Of a stretch of DNA of 64,000 bases, positions 28,135-37,220 are shown piece by piece. Below the pieces are notes generated by a model that made no database searches, was not told the DNA's origin, and was given only the letters and a program-made list of their open reading frames with translations. Position 1 is the first letter of the stretch. Each line of letters starts with the position of its first letter. The position numbers and the translations under genes are program-made. Source of the DNA: Candidatus Thermofontivivens primus. GTDB lineage: Bacteria; Sysuimicrobiota; Sysuimicrobiia; Sysuimicrobiales; Thermofontiviventaceae. The stretch covers positions 1-64,000 of the forward strand of contig JAVKJW010000007.1 in NCBI GenBank assembly GCA_031458695.1. Reading direction: 5' to 3'.

Positions 28135-28801
28135 GGTCTTCCTCCAGAGAACGCAGGAGGAGGGATTCCGCCTCCTCGAGGTGAGCCTGGAGCAATCTGC
28201 TCGCGCGCTGATGATCCCCCTCCCCCAGCGCCTCCACAGTGGCGTGATGGGACTCTATCAGCAGGTTCAGGTCTGGATAGAGGGATTGGAACTTGGCGCT
28301 GAGCGACCGGAGCTGGTCCACGAGGTTCGACCACATCCCAAACAGGCGACGGGATCCCGACAGCCGCACCAAATACGCGTGGAACTCCAGATCGCGCTCC
28401 ATGGCCGCTTCCACATTGCCCACCCTCGCCGCGTCGCCCATGGCAGCTGTGAGCTCCTCCAGGTACACGAGATCTTTCGGCTGGATATGTGCCTGCGCCA
28501 TGGAAAGGGCATGACCTTCAAGCATTCGGCGTAAGCCAAAGATCTCCCGGATATCCTCGGGGGTAAGGCGGACCACAAACGTCCCCCGGTGCGCCCTGCT
28601 CACCACAAGCCCTCGTTGCTCCAGCCTTGCCAAGGCCTCGCGCACCGGGGCCCTACTCACCCCAAGCTCGTGGGAGATCTTTGCCTCTACAAGACGCTCA
28701 CCAGGTGCAAGCCGCCCGCTGAGGATGGCGTCGCGGATTGCCCGTTCCACAGCGTCTGCGAGAGCTTCCCGGCCTATGGCAGCAAAGATATTCCCCCGCA
28801 T
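28127..28801 (-). CDS. GntR family (FadR/FCD) transcriptional regulator
   Basis: LAPGERL, LGVSRAPVREAL, DLEFH. Confidence 0.93.
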   Translation of the reverse strand: MRGNIFAAIGREALADAVERAIRDAILSGRLAPGERLVEAKISHELGVSRAPVREALARLEQRGLVVSRAHRGTFVVRLTPEDIREIFGLRRMLEGHALSMAQAHIQPKDLVYLEELTAAMGDAARVGNVEAAMERDLEFHAYLVRLSGSRRLFGMWSNLVDQLRSLSAKFQSLYPDLNLLIESHHATVEALGEGDHQRASRLLQAHLEEAESLLLRSLEEDHA

Positions 28802-28816
28802 TGGATTGAATTGCCG

Positions 28817-28828
28817 ATTGTCGACAAT
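28817..28828. promoter_or_regulatory. Putative GntR operator ATTGTCGACAAT
   Basis: Perfect 12-bp palindrome about 15 nt upstream of the gntR start. Confidence 0.65.
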
Positions 28829-28856
28829 ATTTAGCCCCTCCTATTCGCCAGAGGTC

Positions 28857-29777
28857 TCATTTTTCCTGCCGGGCTGCCCAAGGTTTGAGGATGGCGTAAA
28901 TGGCCTCACACATGGGAACTAAGATCCCGTGCTTGCGGGCTAGGCGGACCACCGTTCCATGGAGGGCCTCCAGCTCCATGCGTCTCCCGTGGGTGAGGTC
29001 GTGGTGGAGGGAAGAATACGCACCGGGATCCAGGGACCGGAACGTCGCGATGCAGCGGTCGACGAGGTCCTCAGAGAGAGGGATGCCCTCAGCCCTCCCT
29101 ACACGCATCACCTCCTGGACGACCCTCCTGAACATCTCTAGGGTCTCTGGGATCTCTCGGATCTCCCCTGTCGGCAGGCGGGTCGTGGCGGTCACCCCGG
29201 CCTGGGCGCAGATGAAAGCGAACTTCTCCCACAGGACGACCTGGATGTCCTCCCGGATTTCCGCGGGGATCCCGGCCTCGCGGCAAAGCGCAAGGAACCT
29301 CTCCGCCCGCTCGCTGCGGGTCCCATCCATCTCCCCGAAGGCGATGCGTCCAGGTCCTGCGTTGTGCACGATCACGCCAGGCTCGGCGATGGTTGCGAAA
29401 ATATAGGCTGCACCCCCCATAACGTGACGCCAGCCAATGGCCTGGGCGATCTTCTCCTCGTTATCGATGCCATTTTGCAGGGAGAGCACAGCTGTGTTCT
29501 GATGGAGCAAGGGGTGGAGGTGGGCAGCGGCACTCTCGGTATCGTAGGACTTCACGCAGAAGAGCACGTAGTCGCAAGGCCCGATCGCGCGAGGATCATC
29601 CGTTGCCGGAAGACGGATCTCGAAATCGCCTGCGATGCTGCGCACGCGGAGACCACCTTCCTGAAGGGCGGAAAGGTGGGCACCGCGTGCAATCAAGTGG
29701 ACATCTGCTCCTGCCAAGGCAAGGCGCCCTCCAAAGTAGCCTCCTATACCCCCTGCCCCATACACGGCAATTTTCAT
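28857..29777 (-). CDS. panE: 2-dehydropantoate 2-reductase (ketopantoate reductase family)
   Basis: GAGGIGG, VKSYD, LQNG, WEK, SSLHHD, ELE. Confidence 0.85.
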   Translation of the reverse strand: MKIAVYGAGGIGGYFGGRLALAGADVHLIARGAHLSALQEGGLRVRSIAGDFEIRLPATDDPRAIGPCDYVLFCVKSYDTESAAAHLHPLLHQNTAVLSLQNGIDNEEKIAQAIGWRHVMGGAAYIFATIAEPGVIVHNAGPGRIAFGEMDGTRSERAERFLALCREAGIPAEIREDIQVVLWEKFAFICAQAGVTATTRLPTGEIREIPETLEMFRRVVQEVMRVGRAEGIPLSEDLVDRCIATFRSLDPGAYSSLHHDLTHGRRMELEALHGTVVRLARKHGILVPMCEAIYAILKPWAARQEK

Positions 29778-29873
29778 GGCCTACCTCCTGACCCAACAGG
29801 TTTGTGACCTCCCTAGCTTCTTCTCGCGATTCGCTTGATCCTTCTCATGGGGCCTGCTAAGGTGGGGATAGCG

Positions 29874-32093
29874 ATGGGTGAGCGAAACCCGGCGGGAGAG
29901 CCCAAGGTGAGACCTAGCCCTGCAACCCTCCAGGGGACAGTGGAGCGGATCACCTACGTGAACGAAGAGACTGGCTACGTCGTGGCCCGCCTGGAGGTCC
30001 CAGGGCGGAAGGAGTTGGTGACGGTCGTGGGAAACCTGGCCTCCGTGAGCCCTGGGGAGACCCTCCGGCTCTACGGGCGATGGATCATCCACCCCCGGTA
30101 CGGCGAGCAGTTCCAGGCCGAGCGCTATGAGTCGGTCGTCCCCGCCACCCTGACGGGGATCGAGAAGTATCTGGGCTCCGGCTTGATCAAAGGCATCGGC
30201 CCAATCTTCGCGAGGCGACTTGTGGAGGCTTTCGGCCTCGACACATTCCGGGTCATCGAGGAAGAGCCGCACCAGCTCCTCAAGGTCGAAGGGATCGGCC
30301 CCATCCGCAAGGCCCGGATCGTCCAAAGCTGGGCCGAGCAACGGGAGATCCGCGAGGTCATGGTCTTCCTCCAGAGCCACGGTGTTTCCACCGCCTACGC
30401 CGTGAAGATTTTCAAAGCCTATGGTTCTCGGGCCATCTCTATCGTCAAAGAGAACCCTTACCGCCTAGCCCAGGACATCCATGGGATCGGGTTTGTCACC
30501 GCCGATCGCATCGCCCAGGCCCTCGGCATCCCCAAGGACTCTCCCCTCCGCGTACAAGCGGGGATCCTCTATGTCCTCCACGAGCTGGCCGACGAAGGGC
30601 ACGTCTACGCCCCTTATGGGGAGTTGATGAAACGGTGTCGTGTAGCGTTGGAGGTTGACGAGTCCCTCCTCGCCCAGGCTGTGGAGACCCTCCAACGGGA
30701 GGGTCGCATCATCGTGGAGGAACGGGAGGACGGGACAAAGGCCATCTATCTCGAACCGCTTCACGTCGCCGAGGTGAACGTCGCCCGCCGCCTCCTTGCC
30801 CTTGCCCAAACCCCCTTCCCCAAGATCTCCATCGATGTCGAGAGGGCCATCGCCTGGGCTGAGCAGCAACAAGGTTTCTCCTTTGCCGAGGCCCAGAAGG
30901 AGGCGATCCGAAAGGCCCTGACGACAAAGGTCCTGGTGATTACTGGAGGGCCTGGAACCGGCAAGACCACGATTCTCCGGGCGATCGTCGCCATCCTGGA
31001 AAAGAAGAAGCTCAACATCGCCCTCGCTGCACCCACGGGGCGGGCAGCCAAGCGCATGAGCGAAGCTACTGGGAGGGAGGCCAAGACCCTCCACCGCCTC
31101 CTCGAATGGAGCCCGCAGGAGGGGCGGTTCCTCCGAAACCAAGAGCGTCCCCTCGAGGTAGATCTCGTTGCCGTGGATGAGTGTTCGATGATCGATATCC
31201 TCCTCATGAACAGCCTCCTTCGAGCCCTCCCGTTCCAGGCGATCTTGATTCTCGTTGGGGATGCCGATCAGCTCCCCTCCGTCGGCCCCGGAACCGTTTT
31301 CCGCGACATCATCGCCTCGGGCGCAATCCCTGTTGTGGCCCTCAGGGAGATTTTCCGGCAAGCCCGGGAGAGCCTCATCGTCGTCAATGCCCACAGGGTC
31401 AACAACGGCCTCATGCCCATTCTTCCCGCGGAGGGCAAGAGTCCTTCGCGGGACTTCCTGTTCATTCCCAAGGAGACGCCCGAAGAGATTTTCCAGGAGA
31501 TCCTCACCCTTGTCGGGCAAAGGCTTCCCAGGGAGTTTGGCCTGGATCCCCTGGAGGAGGTCCAGGTCCTTTCCCCCATGCACAAGGGGATCATTGGTGC
31601 TGCCCAGCTGAACCAGGCCCTGCAGAACCTCCTCAATCCCCATGGGCGGGATGTCCGCAAGGGAGCCTCACCTTTCCGCGTCGGCGATAAGGTGATGCAG
31701 ATCCGCAACAACTACGAAAAGGAGGTGTTCAACGGGGACATCGGCCGGATCGTCGGGGTGGACTTGGAGGACCAGGAAGTGGTTGTCCGTTTTGAAGATC
31801 GCACCGTCTCTTACGACTTCACCGAGCTGGACGAGCTGGTCTTAGCCTATGCCATCAGCGTCCACAAGAGCCAGGGAAGCGAGTACCCCGCTGTCATCCT
31901 GCCCCTCCATCCTTCTCACTACGTGATGCTCCAGCGGAACCTGCTTTACACCGCGATCACGCGGGGGAAGCGGCTGGTCGTCCTGGTGGGGACGAAGAAG
32001 GCGCTGGTCCTCGCCGTGAAGACCGTCAGGACCCAAAAGAGGTGGTCGCACCTGGAAGCCCGGCTCCGGAGCACATCCCTGTCCTTCCCATGA
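29874..32093 (+). CDS. recD2: ATP-dependent RecD2-like DNA helicase
   Basis: YLGSGLIKGIG, GIGFVTAD, GGPGTGKTT, DECSM, GDADQL, AYAISVHKSQGSE. Confidence 0.95.
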   Translation: MGERNPAGEPKVRPSPATLQGTVERITYVNEETGYVVARLEVPGRKELVTVVGNLASVSPGETLRLYGRWIIHPRYGEQFQAERYESVVPATLTGIEKYLGSGLIKGIGPIFARRLVEAFGLDTFRVIEEEPHQLLKVEGIGPIRKARIVQSWAEQREIREVMVFLQSHGVSTAYAVKIFKAYGSRAISIVKENPYRLAQDIHGIGFVTADRIAQALGIPKDSPLRVQAGILYVLHELADEGHVYAPYGELMKRCRVALEVDESLLAQAVETLQREGRIIVEEREDGTKAIYLEPLHVAEVNVARRLLALAQTPFPKISIDVERAIAWAEQQQGFSFAEAQKEAIRKALTTKVLVITGGPGTGKTTILRAIVAILEKKKLNIALAAPTGRAAKRMSEATGREAKTLHRLLEWSPQEGRFLRNQERPLEVDLVAVDECSMIDILLMNSLLRALPFQAILILVGDADQLPSVGPGTVFRDIIASGAIPVVALREIFRQARESLIVVNAHRVNNGLMPILPAEGKSPSRDFLFIPKETPEEIFQEILTLVGQRLPREFGLDPLEEVQVLSPMHKGIIGAAQLNQALQNLLNPHGRDVRKGASPFRVGDKVMQIRNNYEKEVFNGDIGRIVGVDLEDQEVVVRFEDRTVSYDFTELDELVLAYAISVHKSQGSEYPAVILPLHPSHYVMLQRNLLYTAITRGKRLVVLVGTKKALVLAVKTVRTQKRWSHLEARLRSTSLSFP

Positions 32094-32179
32094 ACACAGC
32101 GGTTTGGGAACACCTCGGAGATCACTAGCCAAACGTCCTTCGGATTGAGCCCGCGCCGAGGTGGAGTGGATGAAGATAT

Positions 32180-33265
32180 ATGGCGCGCAGTAAGTCGTCT
32201 TTAACCCAGGTCCTGCTCTCCTGGTATTCCCAGAATGGCCGCCAGCTTCCGTGGCGGAAAACAAAGGACCCATATGCCATCTGGATCTCTGAGATCATGC
32301 TCCAACAGACCCGGGCGGAGGTCGTGATCCCCTATTACGAGCGGTTCCTGCAGGCCTTCCCCACTGTCCAGGCGCTCGCCCAAGCGCCCCTGGATACCGT
32401 CCTGCGCTTGTGGGAGGGGCTGGGGTACTATTCCCGCGCGCGGAACCTCCACCGCGCGGCGAAACAGATCGTCCGCCACGGCGGGACGTTCCCCCGCGAT
32501 GCGAAGGAGTGGAAGGAGCTGCCGGGCATCGGCCCCTACACAGCGGCTGCGTTGGCAGCTATCGTCAACGGCCAGGACGCCATTGCCCTCGACGCAAATC
32601 TGCTCCGGGTGGGAGCAAGGCTCTTTGGGGAACGAGGGATCGTGACCTCCCCAGTTGTGCGCAAGAGGATCGAGAGGCGATTCCTGGAACTCCTGCCGCC
32701 TGGCAAAGCCGGGACGTTCAACCAGGCCCTCATGGATTTGGGGGCAACGGTGTGCCTTCCTAGGAATCCCCGGTGCGAGGCCTGTCCACTCCGGAGGTTT
32801 TGTGTGGCGCAGGCAACAGGCCAGCAGGAGAAAATCCCCGTGCGCGCTCGACGCAGGGTCCGCCCGCACAAGCAGTTCATTGCTGCTGTGCTCCAGGATG
32901 AGCGCGGGCGGCTCCTCCTCGTTCGGCAAGCCGACCGCGGGATCTGGGGTGGCCTATGGACGCTTCCCTATGTGGAGGCAAGGTCGTGGAGGGAGGCCCG
33001 CCCCAAGCTTGAGGCAATCACGGGAACCCGAATGAAGAGAACTGCCGGGAGGTCCCCCTATAGCATAACCCACACGTTTACCCACTTTACGGCAACCTAC
33101 ACGGCGATCCCAGCTATCCCTACGACCCGCGTCCGACACGGCCGCTGGGTCCGCCCTGAACAGCCCAACCTCGCTGTCCCGGTCCCTCACCGCAAGCTCC
33201 TGCAGGCCTTTTCCCGGGGAGGATTCGGAGCCATTCCTCATGCTCGAACGCCTTCAAATCCTTGA
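32180..33265 (+). CDS. mutY: A/G-specific adenine glycosylase
   Basis: SEIMLQQT, WEGLGYYSRARNL, LPGIGPYTA HhH, C-X6-C-X2-C-X5-C Fe-S motif. Confidence 0.95.
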   Translation: MARSKSSLTQVLLSWYSQNGRQLPWRKTKDPYAIWISEIMLQQTRAEVVIPYYERFLQAFPTVQALAQAPLDTVLRLWEGLGYYSRARNLHRAAKQIVRHGGTFPRDAKEWKELPGIGPYTAAALAAIVNGQDAIALDANLLRVGARLFGERGIVTSPVVRKRIERRFLELLPPGKAGTFNQALMDLGATVCLPRNPRCEACPLRRFCVAQATGQQEKIPVRARRRVRPHKQFIAAVLQDERGRLLLVRQADRGIWGGLWTLPYVEARSWREARPKLEAITGTRMKRTAGRSPYSITHTFTHFTATYTAIPAIPTTRVRHGRWVRPEQPNLAVPVPHRKLLQAFSRGGFGAIPHARTPSNP

Positions 33266-33429
33266 AGAGACCATCAGCTTCTTCACGGAGTTCGAGTCCA
33301 GGTTTTCATTAGAGCAGGAACCTTTTGCGCCATGAGTACGCCCGCGTGGACTTGATAAAACTCTATGGGCTTCTGGACCACCTCGAGGATTTCCGGCATT
33401 TTGTGATGGCCGTGAAGGACTTGCTATGA
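33240..33429 (+). pseudogene. Internally deleted, frameshifted HEPN (HepT/DUF86-like) toxin remnant
   Basis: MLERLQILEETISFFTEFESRFSLEQ from ATG 33240; in another frame from 33316 RNLLRHEYARVDLIKLYGLLDHLEDFRHFVMAVKDLL* (R-X4-H-X-Y motif). Confidence 0.65.
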
Positions 33430-33513
33430 TCCCCCCGGGCACCCACGAGGAACTTTGTCTCCTTGCATCGAATTCTAGAAAAACATTAAAAAAGTATCAA
33501 AGAGGGATCGGGT

Positions 33514-34191
33514 ATGGCTGAAGCAAAAGTGCATGGGTTCTTGTTCTTGCGCGTTCCCGCGGGATTGCGGAATCCCCAAGGGGCAAAGAGGACCAAAGAA
33601 GCCGTGGAAGCCGCAGAGCGAACGGAAGGCGTCTTGGCCATTTACCCGTATAGCCTCGTCGGCCTCCGCGCCGATGCTGATCTTGGCTTTTGGATCGCGG
33701 CCACAGATCTGGAAAAGTACCAATCCGCTGCCAGGGAAATCCTGCATACAGGCCTGGAGGTGACCTGCACCCTGTGGGGATTCGTGCGGCCGTCGCAGTA
33801 CACCGGTCGCTCTGGCACAAGCGTCCAGGTCCCTGGAAAGCGCCTGCGCTACCTCATCGTCTACCCCTTCTCCAAGACCCACGCGTGGTACCAGCTCCCT
33901 GAAGAAGAACGGCGGAATATGATGAGGGAGCATGCCCGCGTAGGCCATGGCTTTAAGGGGATCGAGCAGCTCCTCCTGTACTCCACCGGGCTCGCCGACT
34001 GGGAGTTCGTGGTGGGCTACGAGACCGACGACCCCGAGCGCTTCTCCGAACTCGTCATGGCCCTCCGGAGCACAGCGGCGCGGCCTTACACCCTCCGGGA
34101 TACGCCCATCTTCACAGCACGCTCGGGATCCCTAGAGGAGATCCTCGAAGAGGTCTTCGGCACAGGGATCAAAGCTGAAGTCGGGACCTAA
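33514..34191 (+). CDS. Chlorite dismutase superfamily protein, probably coproheme decarboxylase (ChdC/HemQ)
   Basis: YSLVGLRADAD, YPFSK, WYQL..EER..MM.EH, YSTGLADWEFVV; Gln rather than Arg at the apparent distal position. Confidence 0.75.
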   Translation: MAEAKVHGFLFLRVPAGLRNPQGAKRTKEAVEAAERTEGVLAIYPYSLVGLRADADLGFWIAATDLEKYQSAAREILHTGLEVTCTLWGFVRPSQYTGRSGTSVQVPGKRLRYLIVYPFSKTHAWYQLPEEERRNMMREHARVGHGFKGIEQLLLYSTGLADWEFVVGYETDDPERFSELVMALRSTAARPYTLRDTPIFTARSGSLEEILEEVFGTGIKAEVGT

Positions 34192-34198
34192 ACCAAGG

Positions 34199-35257
34199 CT
34201 ACCCCCTCCTTCGCGCACGGAGAGTATTCCCCAGGAAGACCAAGAGGGCGAGCACGTTGAGCAATCCACCCCAACGCCTCCCGGGGATCCAAAGGAGGAG
34301 GTCCGAGGCGACCCGGAGGGCCAGCGAGAGGTGCAGGAGGATGAGGTGCGCGTAGAAGCTAGGCTGGAAGGAAAGGGGAAGGCCGAGGATGGCCGGGAAG
34401 ATGATGGGGGCGTGCCCGAAGATCATGGCGAAGACGAAACCTAAGAAGAAGGTATGGAGAATGGCGTCGTAGCGCGGCCCTGCAGGCTCCCCAAAGAAGA
34501 AGAGGGTCGCAAGCCCGCTCAAGCCTAGCCAGGCATAGCCGGAGAGGAGGCAGATCGCCGTGAACCTCGGCAGACCCGGCTCCCGGACCGTACGGCGGGC
34601 GATGTCCTGCAGGAGGAACCAGAGAGCAAGCGCCACCATAGCTACACCAGATATCCTGAGCCCTCCCATAAACCAGAAGGGGCTCACGACGATGCCGACC
34701 GAAAACAACCCTAAGGCGATCACGAACGCGCTCCGGCTTCCCGCAGAGAGCCGGACGAGGCGCGAGAGCTCAAGCCTCTCCCCTGCAATGGTGAGGGTGA
34801 GGAAGGCGATCCACCACGGAACTGCCCGGAACAGGGGAGTGCCCGCCGCCCAGAGGAGGTTCCCGACAAACCAGGCCACCGCGCCACCGGCCATGGCGAT
34901 GGTGAACACCGTTGTCTGGCGTCGCACGATGGCAAGGAAGACCGCCACAAACCCGAGGCTCCCGAGCACCATCAGCCACTGGCTGGGTAAACCCAGAATG
35001 AGGGCGACGGCGCCAAGCCCCGTGAGGAGCGGCGCGCTATAGGACCAGGCTTGCCCAAGCGCGACAGCCCTCTCTAGACCGATCAAGGTTCCCAGGAACC
35101 CGGAAACCATGAGAGGGCCGTGAGAAGCTGGAAATGCGCCCCTCAGGCGCGGGAGATCCCACCCGATCCTGAGGAGACCTGCCCACATCCCCAGAAGGAG
35201 CGCGAGGAACCCCAGCGCCAGGAGAGGGAAGCGAAGGCGTCGCAAACCCTGGTTCAT
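34199..35257 (-). CDS. Polytopic membrane protein with His-containing helices (possibly NnrS-like)
   Basis: About 12 TMs; HGPLMVSGFLGTLIGLERA, LHTFFLGF, FGHAP. Confidence 0.6.
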   Translation of the reverse strand: MNQGLRRLRFPLLALGFLALLLGMWAGLLRIGWDLPRLRGAFPASHGPLMVSGFLGTLIGLERAVALGQAWSYSAPLLTGLGAVALILGLPSQWLMVLGSLGFVAVFLAIVRRQTTVFTIAMAGGAVAWFVGNLLWAAGTPLFRAVPWWIAFLTLTIAGERLELSRLVRLSAGSRSAFVIALGLFSVGIVVSPFWFMGGLRISGVAMVALALWFLLQDIARRTVREPGLPRFTAICLLSGYAWLGLSGLATLFFFGEPAGPRYDAILHTFFLGFVFAMIFGHAPIIFPAILGLPLSFQPSFYAHLILLHLSLALRVASDLLLWIPGRRWGGLLNVLALLVFLGNTLRARRRG

Positions 35258-35619
35258 CGCTTTGTCTTCATCCGCCGCTCGATGATCCTCTTGAGCACGC
35301 TGCGGTGGCAATATTCCTCGTCCTCGCAGGTACACAGGAGTGTGATGGTCTCGCTGCGGGCGCGGCGGGCGAGTTCTTCTACGCGAGCCTGTGCCTGTGG
35401 GTCAGCCTCAATCTGGGCTTCATACCGGCGTGCAAACTCCTCCCAGCGGAGCCGCTTCCCCTTCCATGCCTTAATCAGCTCAGGGGCTGTTCCGAGCTCC
35501 TTGTACCACGCGTGGAAAGCCTCCCGCTTGACCCCACGCGGGTACAGGCGCATGACGAGGATCCGTGTCCCGTCCTCGGGGGAAGGCGCGTCGTAGACGC
35601 GTTTGGTCTGCACCGGCAT
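35254..35619 (-). CDS. DUF488 (YeaO-like) protein
   Basis: KRVYD..EDGTRILV.RLYPRG, WEEF..RY, TLLC...CHR. Confidence 0.85.
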   Translation of the reverse strand: MPVQTKRVYDAPSPEDGTRILVMRLYPRGVKREAFHAWYKELGTAPELIKAWKGKRLRWEEFARRYEAQIEADPQAQARVEELARRARSETITLLCTCEDEEYCHRSVLKRIIERRMKTKR

Positions 35620-35635
35620 GGGATCCCCCTCCCCC

Positions 35636-36079
35636 CTACAGGACGCTGACGGACCTGCGCTCGGCCCACTGCGCTCCTAGCTGGGTCAGGGTTTCCTCTC
35701 CCAGGATCTGGCCCGCCATGGGGAAGAGGACCTGTTCCTCCTTGGCGAAGTGCTGGCGCGCCACCTGGAGGGCGTGCACCAGGAGGCCGCGCGCCTCCAC
35801 AAGGTCGTCCACGTTCGGGATCCTAGAAAGGGTCCCCTCGATCTCGTTGTGCTCCGCCCGCATCACGGCGAGCGGCCCCATGGGGCCCAGGTGAGGGTCT
35901 AAGGAGGGGAACAGGACATCCTCCTCCAAGCGCGCATGCGTAGCGAGGGCCGCAGCGAGCAGCGCGGCCTGGGCATGGACCTCTCCCACCGTCTCTGTGT
36001 GGGGCAGGACCTGCTCCAGGTGAGTGAACTGAGCGTAGAACACGCCGTGCTCTCCAAGCAAGGCATCGGTGATCTTCAT
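35636..36079 (-). CDS. Hemerythrin domain protein
   Basis: EH, HARLEEDVLFP, EH, HFAKEEQVLFP. Confidence 0.88.
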   Translation of the reverse strand: MKITDALLGEHGVFYAQFTHLEQVLPHTETVGEVHAQAALLAAALATHARLEEDVLFPSLDPHLGPMGPLAVMRAEHNEIEGTLSRIPNVDDLVEARGLLVHALQVARQHFAKEEQVLFPMAGQILGEETLTQLGAQWAERRSVSVL

Positions 36080-36178
36080 CCCTCTCCCCCCTTTGTTATC
36101 CATCCCTTTCCCACCAAGCAGGATGTTTTATCCGCACGGTTCCTCGTTTCCAGGCGAGCGGGGAACCCCCTTTCTGTA

Positions 36179-36394
36179 TCAGAACCTCTCCTGGCCGATA
36201 GCCTCTATGAGCTCGTCGAGGAAGCCCTCCAGGGGGAGCCCATAGATCCCGGCCACCTCGGCCACCGTCTCAAAGGGTGCCGCTGCGCAGCCTACGCAAG
36301 CCATCCGGTGTGAGAGGAAGACAGGGATGGCCTGAGGCCACCGGCCAAGCACCTCGGAAACCGTCAATCCCTCAAGATGGCGATCTTTTGCCAC
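36179..36394 (-). CDS. DUF1858 domain protein
   Basis: TVSEVL...P....VF...MACVGC....ET....IYG. Confidence 0.82.
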   Translation of the reverse strand: MAKDRHLEGLTVSEVLGRWPQAIPVFLSHRMACVGCAAAPFETVAEVAGIYGLPLEGFLDELIEAIGQERF

Positions 36395-36413
36395 GGCAGC
36401 CTCCGCCTGGCGT

Positions 36414-37133
36414 TTATCTCCCTACCTTCCCAATGCGCACCCGCCACACCTCCGGCCCTTGCTCCATGTACTCCCAGGTGAACTCTCCTTCCCGCTCATA
36501 CTTGAACTGGTAATACAATGGCTTTGGATCGTGGTCGTTGATCAGGATGAACGCCTCCCCCGGCCTGAGCCCATCGAACGCCTGGAAGATGAGTGGGTGC
36601 CTCTGGGGCGGCGGGGTCCCCCGCACATCGAGGGCTTTGACCTCCCCTCCGGAGTTTCCGTGGAAGGCGGCGTGCATCCCCTTGAGGACTTGCTCCTGGT
36701 TCGCCTCGGAGAGGTAGCGCTCGAACAGCGGGAGGTAGACACGCTCCTCCTTCTCCAGGTGAACCCTCAAGAGGGCTTCTAGCTGGAGGGCTTGGTCGCG
36801 GAGCTTCCTTTCGAGAGCGGGTCGTACGCCCTCTCCCGCTTCCTGCAGGGCTTTTACCGTCTCCTCGATGCTATGGATGTAGCCTGCGATGAACTCGTGG
36901 TCGATACTCATCGTGGCCGTCGCCTGGCCATAGGACTTGACCAAAGGCTCCACTGCAGGATACAAGGAACGCTCCTCCCCCACGGCATGGGGAAGCAGAT
37001 CCCCCTTCAGAAAGGCAACGAGCCCTTCTGCATCCTCAAGCTCTCCACCGCGTTCGAGCGCGGAGAGCCTCTCTGTGAGCTCTTTCAGGAGCGCACGGTG
37101 GTGCGCGCGAATCGCCTCACCAACCTTCCCCAT
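36414..37133 (-). CDS. Hemerythrin-DUF2249 fusion protein
   Basis: HAVGEE.SLYP, DH, HLEKEE; C-terminal LDVR..PP..RH..IF..F...NDHDPKPL. Confidence 0.85.
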   Translation of the reverse strand: MGKVGEAIRAHHRALLKELTERLSALERGGELEDAEGLVAFLKGDLLPHAVGEERSLYPAVEPLVKSYGQATATMSIDHEFIAGYIHSIEETVKALQEAGEGVRPALERKLRDQALQLEALLRVHLEKEERVYLPLFERYLSEANQEQVLKGMHAAFHGNSGGEVKALDVRGTPPPQRHPLIFQAFDGLRPGEAFILINDHDPKPLYYQFKYEREGEFTWEYMEQGPEVWRVRIGKVGR

Positions 37134-37178
37134 CGCTCTCCCTCCTCGTGGTGATCTCCCTTGGGTCGGACAGCATCG

Positions 37179-37220
37179 AGTATACTCAAGCGAGGCGGCA
37201 GGTCTTTGCGCTAGCGCAAA
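37179..37220 (-). promoter_or_regulatory. Class II Crp/Fnr-type promoter: box TTTGCGCTAGCGCAAA (37205-37220) and -10 TATACT (37184-37179)
   Basis: Perfect 16-bp TTG-N8-CAA palindrome centred about 41 nt upstream of the predicted TSS. Confidence 0.75.

Noticed and set aside
30465..31643. 392-aa minus-strand ORF
   Set aside because: Antisense shadow of recD2
33514..34191. True chlorite dismutase call
   Set aside because: The apparent distal Arg is replaced by Gln and the YP tyrosine of coproheme decarboxylases is present
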